Sequence record: NZ_CP015284.1
Reading direction: 5' to 3' (one strand)
Length of the DNA stretch: 64,000 nt
Origin: a plasmid
The position numbers and the translations under genes were made by a program. Below, piece by piece: positions 59,205-64,000 of this stretch. Each line of letters begins with the position of its first letter. Positions within the stretch are counted from its first letter, which is position 1. The notes below the pieces were generated by a model. It saw only the letters and a list, made by a program, of their open reading frames with translations. It had not been told where the DNA came from and made no database searches.

Positions 59205-59885
59205 ATGGTCGAAAAAATTCGGATGTACATCGGAGTTCTTTCTTATAAAAAGGAAGGCCGAGAGGGACAAAAGGGAACAGGTTGTATTTTTAGTTATAAA
59301 GGGAAATGGTTCTTAGCAACTGCAGCACATTGCGTTTATGATATAGATGAAGATAAATTTTACACCGATTTTAAATTTACTCAGCCAAATAGTGGAAAGG
59401 AATATATACTTGGTGATGTTTACTTACATAAATTTTGGTCGAGTTTATATGCCCCAGAGTATGATATTGCTTTTTTTAATATTTATTGTGATGATAATTT
59501 TTTTAATTTGGATAGGACTTATTTAACACCTTATTTTGAAATTTCAAATGATAACAAATTTACAATTGCTGGTTTTCCTGGAAAGATACTTAGAAATAAA
59601 TTATATATAAAGAGGGATAACAACGGGATTAGCGATAGAATGTATTCGTCGAGTTTAATAGGAATAAGGACCTGTAAAAAAGAGGGAATGTCGGGAGGAC
59701 CTTTAATATGTCAAAATGAAGATAGTTTGAGTATAGTTGGTACTATTAGTTTGTCTTTTGTATCTGAAAAAGGGATTTTATGGTGTGCTCCATGGAATAA
59801 AGACTTCAAGGCTATTCTTGAGTTTCTGACAAGTGATAAACAAGCGGAGCCAGACTTTATGGAAATGTATAATTGGAAAATATAG
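59205..59885 (+). CDS. Trypsin-like (S1 family) serine protease, cytoplasmic
   Basis: His LATAAHCV, Asp EYDIAFF, Ser KEGMSGGPL. No signal peptide. RBS gacggaggaaagtATG. Confidence 0.7.
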   Translation: MVEKIRMYIGVLSYKKEGREGQKGTGCIFSYKGKWFLATAAHCVYDIDEDKFYTDFKFTQPNSGKEYILGDVYLHKFWSSLYAPEYDIAFFNIYCDDNFFNLDRTYLTPYFEISNDNKFTIAGFPGKILRNKLYIKRDNNGISDRMYSSSLIGIRTCKKEGMSGGPLICQNEDSLSIVGTISLSFVSEKGILWCAPWNKDFKAILEFLTSDKQAEPDFMEMYNWKI

Positions 59886-59900
59886 AAATGGAGGATAACA

Positions 59901-62465
59901 ATGGATGTAAGGTATGAAATGTATTTAGCCCCCAATAATAAATTTTACAAACGAGCAGGAGCAACCAACAAAAAGAAAACTATGCTTTATGTAAAAGATT
60001 TACCAGAGGGATGGTATTCAAAAATTGGTAAGGAGAAGCACTGGCATTATTGTGGTCCAATTGGTGTTCCTATCCCACCACAAGGTTGGAAGATTCACAT
60101 CAGTTCTACATTAGACAATGCTCAAAAAACACTTGATATCGTATCAAAAATACTAATCTCTAGAAACACTCATTTTAAATTTGTAATGAGTTCATGGGAT
60201 TTATTTGTGAAAAATTCAAAATATGGTGATAGAAGCGCTTCGGGAAAATTTATTACAATTTATCCGGCGACGATTTATTTGTTTTTTACTTTACTTGATG
60301 AATTGGATAAAGCACTTTCTGGATTAGAAAATGGGGCTTATATATTAAATGATAATCGTTGGTTCTTTGGAAATGTATACTTTAGATACGGTGGTTTCTT
60401 AGAAATGCATACTCAAGAGGGAGAAGATGGTATAATTAATGAGTACGGAGAAATTATACCAGATCAACGAATTCCTGGATATGTTGTTCCTTCTTTTGTG
60501 GAAATACCTGAGAAATTAAAAGCGATGGAGTTGGAAAAAGAAAATAAGTCTTTAGATGCTAGTAAATTAGATGATTATAATATATCTGAAGCAATGCATT
60601 TTAGTAATGGAGGTGGAGTTTATAAAGCAACTAACGTATCTTCTGGAGAAAATGTAATAATAAAGGAGGGAAGGCCGGAGGCAGGTCTGGACAGTACAGG
60701 AAAAGATGGTTTTAAAAGGCTATCAATTGAATTTGAAACATTGTCTAAATTGGCAGATGTTGATGAAGTTGTTGATGTTTATGAATATTTTAAAGCGTGG
60801 GAAAATGTTTATTTAGTTGAAGAAGTGGTAAATGGGATTCCTCTCCAATCTTGGATTGCTCAAAATTATCCATTTGGTGGATCAGAGGATAAAAAGAAAA
60901 GCTATCTTCGTAAGACGTTGGATATTACAGAAAAAATAAAAACTGGTTTACAAAAGATACACGATAAAGATGTTGGAATAGGTGATTTATCACCATCTAA
61001 TATTTTAATTAACAATGATACACTCGAAATCAAGTTTATAGATTTCGAAACTGCGGGAGTTGCTGATGCTAAATATTCACCAAGTTTAGCCACTCCGGGT
61101 TTTGTTTCAAAGTATTCTAAAACAAGGAAACAATCTGATTGGTTTAGTTTTTATAGGATTGTATATTCTATGTTAGCACCAATTGCTCCAATTCAAGATA
61201 TCGAAATTAAAAATGAACAAAAAATAGATAAGTGGATTTTAATGACATTTGGTAGCGAGGCATATAATTACGTTAATAACTTAAAAAAACTTCTTCCTCT
61301 ATCTAAGCGTATGTATTACTCAGATGTTCAAGAAAACAGATTGGATTATGATTTAGATAATTTAACTTCAAAAGTTCGTCTAGGAATAATATCTCATTTA
61401 CAACCTAGTAAGAAGCAATTGATTCCGGGAGACATAAGGCAATTTGAATACTCAGGTGGTATGTATAATGTTTTAACTGGTGGTTTTGGGGTAATAATGT
61501 CACTTGTTAGAACTGGGGAAATTTCACAATCTATTAAAGAATGGGCAATTAGATATTCAAAGGAAAAGTATTTGGCGGAGTTAGATTCGGGACTATTTTC
61601 TGGAAAATCAGGAATTGCTTGTATATTATTTGAATTAGGAGAAATCCAACGCTCTAAGGAAATAATTGGCTCAATTACTATTCCAAATGAAGCTTCAGAT
61701 ATTTCTCTAATGACAGGTCTATCTGGGATAGGACTTGCACTTTTATCATTTTATACTTCATTAAATGAACATTCATATTTAGAAAAGGCTACCAAAGCTG
61801 CTAATGAGATAAAAAATATCTTTAGTAAAAATACTGAAATCTATTCAAAAGATCCAGATTTTTTTCCTAAAGGTCTATTTGATGGATGGAGTGGAGCTGT
61901 GATGTTTTTCGGTGCATTATATACAGTCACAAAAAATAAAGAGTGGCTTGATTTTGCAGAGAAAATGATGAGTAGAGAATTAGAAAGTTGTGTTTTAGAT
62001 GATGATGGAATTCTTCATATTGAAGATGAGCAAAGACTACTTCCCTATTTAGCGGGAGGAGGAGTGGGTGTAGCAGTCGCTCTACTTTCTCTTGCTAAGA
62101 AAACAAATAAAGAATTTTACTTTAAAAAATTTGAACAGACTCTTCCATTAGCCTCAACTGTTTGTTGTTATAATAGTGGTCTATTTAGAGGATATGCTGG
62201 TTTTTTACTTTTTGTTTCCTTTTTAGAACAAGAGTATGGTATAATAAATAGAGAGAAAACGCTGACATTACTGAGTACAATTCAATTGTATGCAGTAACA
62301 ACGACAGGGCAGGAAGTAATGTTTCCTGGAGACTATGGCTACAGATTGTCAGGTGATTTATTTTCTGGTTCTTCAGGTGTACTTATTGCTCTAGAAGCAA
62401 TGAGAGGGAAGAGTTGGAAAAACTGGATTCCATTGATTTCTGAAACGATGGATGTGTTATTGTGA
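59901..62465 (+). CDS. Class III lanthipeptide synthetase (LanKC: lyase, Ser/Thr kinase and Zn-free LanC-like cyclase)
   Basis: Kinase catalytic loop HDKDVGIGDLSPSNILI and IDFETAG (DFG-like). C-terminal repeated Gly motifs (SGKSGIACIL, GWSGAVMF, GLFRGYAGFL, SGSSGVLIAL). No CHG zinc ligands. Confidence 0.75.
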   Translation: MDVRYEMYLAPNNKFYKRAGATNKKKTMLYVKDLPEGWYSKIGKEKHWHYCGPIGVPIPPQGWKIHISSTLDNAQKTLDIVSKILISRNTHFKFVMSSWDLFVKNSKYGDRSASGKFITIYPATIYLFFTLLDELDKALSGLENGAYILNDNRWFFGNVYFRYGGFLEMHTQEGEDGIINEYGEIIPDQRIPGYVVPSFVEIPEKLKAMELEKENKSLDASKLDDYNISEAMHFSNGGGVYKATNVSSGENVIIKEGRPEAGLDSTGKDGFKRLSIEFETLSKLADVDEVVDVYEYFKAWENVYLVEEVVNGIPLQSWIAQNYPFGGSEDKKKSYLRKTLDITEKIKTGLQKIHDKDVGIGDLSPSNILINNDTLEIKFIDFETAGVADAKYSPSLATPGFVSKYSKTRKQSDWFSFYRIVYSMLAPIAPIQDIEIKNEQKIDKWILMTFGSEAYNYVNNLKKLLPLSKRMYYSDVQENRLDYDLDNLTSKVRLGIISHLQPSKKQLIPGDIRQFEYSGGMYNVLTGGFGVIMSLVRTGEISQSIKEWAIRYSKEKYLAELDSGLFSGKSGIACILFELGEIQRSKEIIGSITIPNEASDISLMTGLSGIGLALLSFYTSLNEHSYLEKATKAANEIKNIFSKNTEIYSKDPDFFPKGLFDGWSGAVMFFGALYTVTKNKEWLDFAEKMMSRELESCVLDDDGILHIEDEQRLLPYLAGGGVGVAVALLSLAKKTNKEFYFKKFEQTLPLASTVCCYNSGLFRGYAGFLLFVSFLEQEYGIINREKTLTLLSTIQLYAVTTTGQEVMFPGDYGYRLSGDLFSGSSGVLIALEAMRGKSWKNWIPLISETMDVLL

Positions 62466-62502
62466 TTGAGTTTTTATTAAGATATTATATTTTATATAAT
62501 CC

Positions 62503-63552
62503 CAATTTGTAAAATTAAGCTAGACAGAAAAAGCCATCTATGTTAGGCTCAGATAAACACCACATTTGTCTGAAAGGAACTAACATAAATGACCTATACT
62601 CATCTTATCACAAACGAGCTTGTAATGATAGAGGCTTACTATCAAGAAGACATAAAAGTTTCAGATATTGTGACTTCACTTGGCAGATCAAAACAGACAA
62701 TCTACAATGTCATCAACTATCTGAAAGAGGGGCACTCTGCTTATGATTACTATAACCGATATAAAATCAATAAGAAACGCTGTGGCAGGAATAAAACCAG
62801 TCTTACGCAATCAGAAAAAGATTTTATCCAAACTCATTTAGAACAAAATTGGAGCCTTGATGTCATTAAAGGAACTTATCCAGATAGGGTTGCTTGTTCT
62901 ATGAGAACTCTCTATCGACTAGCAGACCATGGTATTCTAAAGAAAGAGGATCTCCCTTGGAAAGGCAAAAGAAAACCAAATGGTCATAGCGAAAAACGAG
63001 GAAAACAAGCGTTGCGCAGAGATTTAAGTGAGAGAGCAGACAGTCATCCTAATTTTAAGACGGGATTCGGTCATCTAGAAGGGGATACAATTGTGGGAGA
63101 AAAACACAAAAGTGCAGTCATTACCTTAGTAGAATGCTTCTCAAAAGCCATCATCACACTGAAAATCAATGGATGGAAAGCAAGTGATATTGAGGCCTCC
63201 ATCAATCAATGGTTGTCTCAAGTTCCCAGTCATCTCTTTAAGTCGATAACTTTTGATTGTGGGAAAGAATTTTCTAATTGGAAATCTATTTCGAATGCAC
63301 ATGACATTGATATTTTCTTTGCGGATCCAGGATGTCCTGGTCAAAGAGGTCTCAATGAACATTCTAATGGCTTATTAAGACGAAATGGATTACCGAAACA
63401 GATGGTTTTTACTAATATTTCTCAAAAATATTTATCAGCTATAGCTGATAAAAGAAATAGAATTTCTAGGAAATCATTGAATTATCAATCACCATACCAA
63501 GTTTTTCTGAGTTACTTGAAAAGTCTAACTTAATTTAACAATTTAGGAATAT
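62503..63552 (+). mobile_element. IS30-family insertion sequence (boundaries approximate)
   Basis: Imperfect terminal IRs aatttgtaaaatta (left) and taatttaacaattt (right) around the transposase gene. Confidence 0.6.
62589..63533 (+). CDS. IS30-family transposase (314 aa)
   Basis: GFGHLEGDTIVG...TFDCGKEF...LNEHSNGLLRR DDE region. Confidence 0.85.
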   Translation: MTYTHLITNELVMIEAYYQEDIKVSDIVTSLGRSKQTIYNVINYLKEGHSAYDYYNRYKINKKRCGRNKTSLTQSEKDFIQTHLEQNWSLDVIKGTYPDRVACSMRTLYRLADHGILKKEDLPWKGKRKPNGHSEKRGKQALRRDLSERADSHPNFKTGFGHLEGDTIVGEKHKSAVITLVECFSKAIITLKINGWKASDIEASINQWLSQVPSHLFKSITFDCGKEFSNWKSISNAHDIDIFFADPGCPGQRGLNEHSNGLLRRNGLPKQMVFTNISQKYLSAIADKRNRISRKSLNYQSPYQVFLSYLKSLT

Positions 63553-63634
63553 AGGGTATTATTAAGTGAAATCAATTTTTTTACAATAGATTCATACAGA
63601 GTCACTTATTCTTAAATAATGAAGGAGAACAGAA

Positions 63635-63754
63635 ATGAAAAATATCTTATCTTTACAACAACTTAAAGTAAAAGAAAATACTAAATTGATGGCTAAATCA
63701 TCAAAAAGCATAAACTGTAAAAATAGTAGCCATGCTAGCTGGTTTGTTTGCTAG
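63635..63754 (+). CDS. Class III lanthipeptide precursor peptide 1 (39 aa)
   Basis: Own translation MKNILSLQQLKVKENTKLMAKSSKSINCKNSSHASWFVC. Leader ILSLQQL resembles the class III ILELQ motif. Core has SKSINC plus SHASWFVC (SxxSxxxC). RBS gaaggagaacagaaATG. Confidence 0.6.
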   Translation: MKNILSLQQLKVKENTKLMAKSSKSINCKNSSHASWFVC

Positions 63755-63810
63755 TCTCTAAAATTAAAATTACTTTTCATTTTTTATCTTAGTTTTATAG
63801 GAGGAATCAA

Positions 63811-63921
63811 ATGAAGAAAATACTATCTTTACAGCAATTAAAAAAAACAGAAAGAGCTAAAACGAAATCTAGTATGAGTTTGAACTGTCAAATGAGTAGT
63901 AATAATAGCTGGTTTTTCTGC
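63811..63921 (+). CDS. Class III lanthipeptide precursor peptide 2 (36 aa)
   Basis: Own translation MKKILSLQQLKKTERAKTKSSMSLNCQMSSNSWFFC. Same leader and SxxSxxC plus SxxSxxxC architecture. RBS taggaggaatcaaATG. Confidence 0.6.
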
Positions 63922-63957
63922 TAAAAAAGTATTTTAAATGTTTACCTAATAATACCC

Positions 63958-63990
63958 TAACTAGCCTTGAAAGTTTTTCAAGGCTAGTTG
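63958..63990 (+). terminator. Hairpin after the precursor genes
   Basis: ctagccttgaaagtttttcaaggctag (coordinates approximate). Confidence 0.45.
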
Positions 63991-64000
63991 CATAGTGAGA

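Overview
This 64-kb window is a low-GC Firmicute (Streptococcus/Enterococcus/Lactococcus-like) segment that reads almost entirely as accessory DNA from a conjugative plasmid or ICE-like element. It has a mirror-image architecture. Two about 515-bp inverted copies of a highly structured non-coding leader (9618..10135 and 40225..40739) drive divergent operons.

The leftward arm (minus strand, 9617 down to 1255) is a phage-like DNA-metabolism module: two paralogous small proteins, SSB, a Cas4-like PD-(D/E)XK exonuclease, an ERF-type annealing protein, RadC and a GNAT.

The rightward arm (plus strand, 40740 to 52948) encodes a Toprim/zinc-finger primase, an HExxH zincin protein, an XRE regulator, a PilT/VirB11-like ATPase and an 1838-aa N6-adenine methyltransferase plus SNF2 helicase fusion.

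The 30-kb core between the leaders is all minus strand. It carries:
- a four-repeat type II-like CRISPR mini-array (36-bp repeats, 29-30-bp spacers) next to a 430-aa TnpB/Cas12-like protein that appears to lack the C-terminal zinc finger and RuvC-III;
- a VirD4-type coupling protein;
- a 2834-aa LPxTG-like surface protein with BspA-type LRR, class-3 lipase and G5 repeats;
- a membrane-anchored DRGH nuclease;
- a plasmid-type maintenance block: XerD-like tyrosine recombinase, Rep initiator with iterons, ParA plus a small partner, and an AT-rich repeat array.

The right end is an IS graveyard (intact IS3, IS30 fragment, IS110 inserted into an IS3 remnant, intact IS30). It also holds an Abi_2 gene and a class III (labionin-type) lanthipeptide cluster: a trypsin-like protease, a LanKC synthetase, and two SxxSxxxC precursor peptides separated from the synthetase by the IS30 insertion.

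No rRNA or tRNA genes were seen. All calls are from reading the sequence; no database search was possible.
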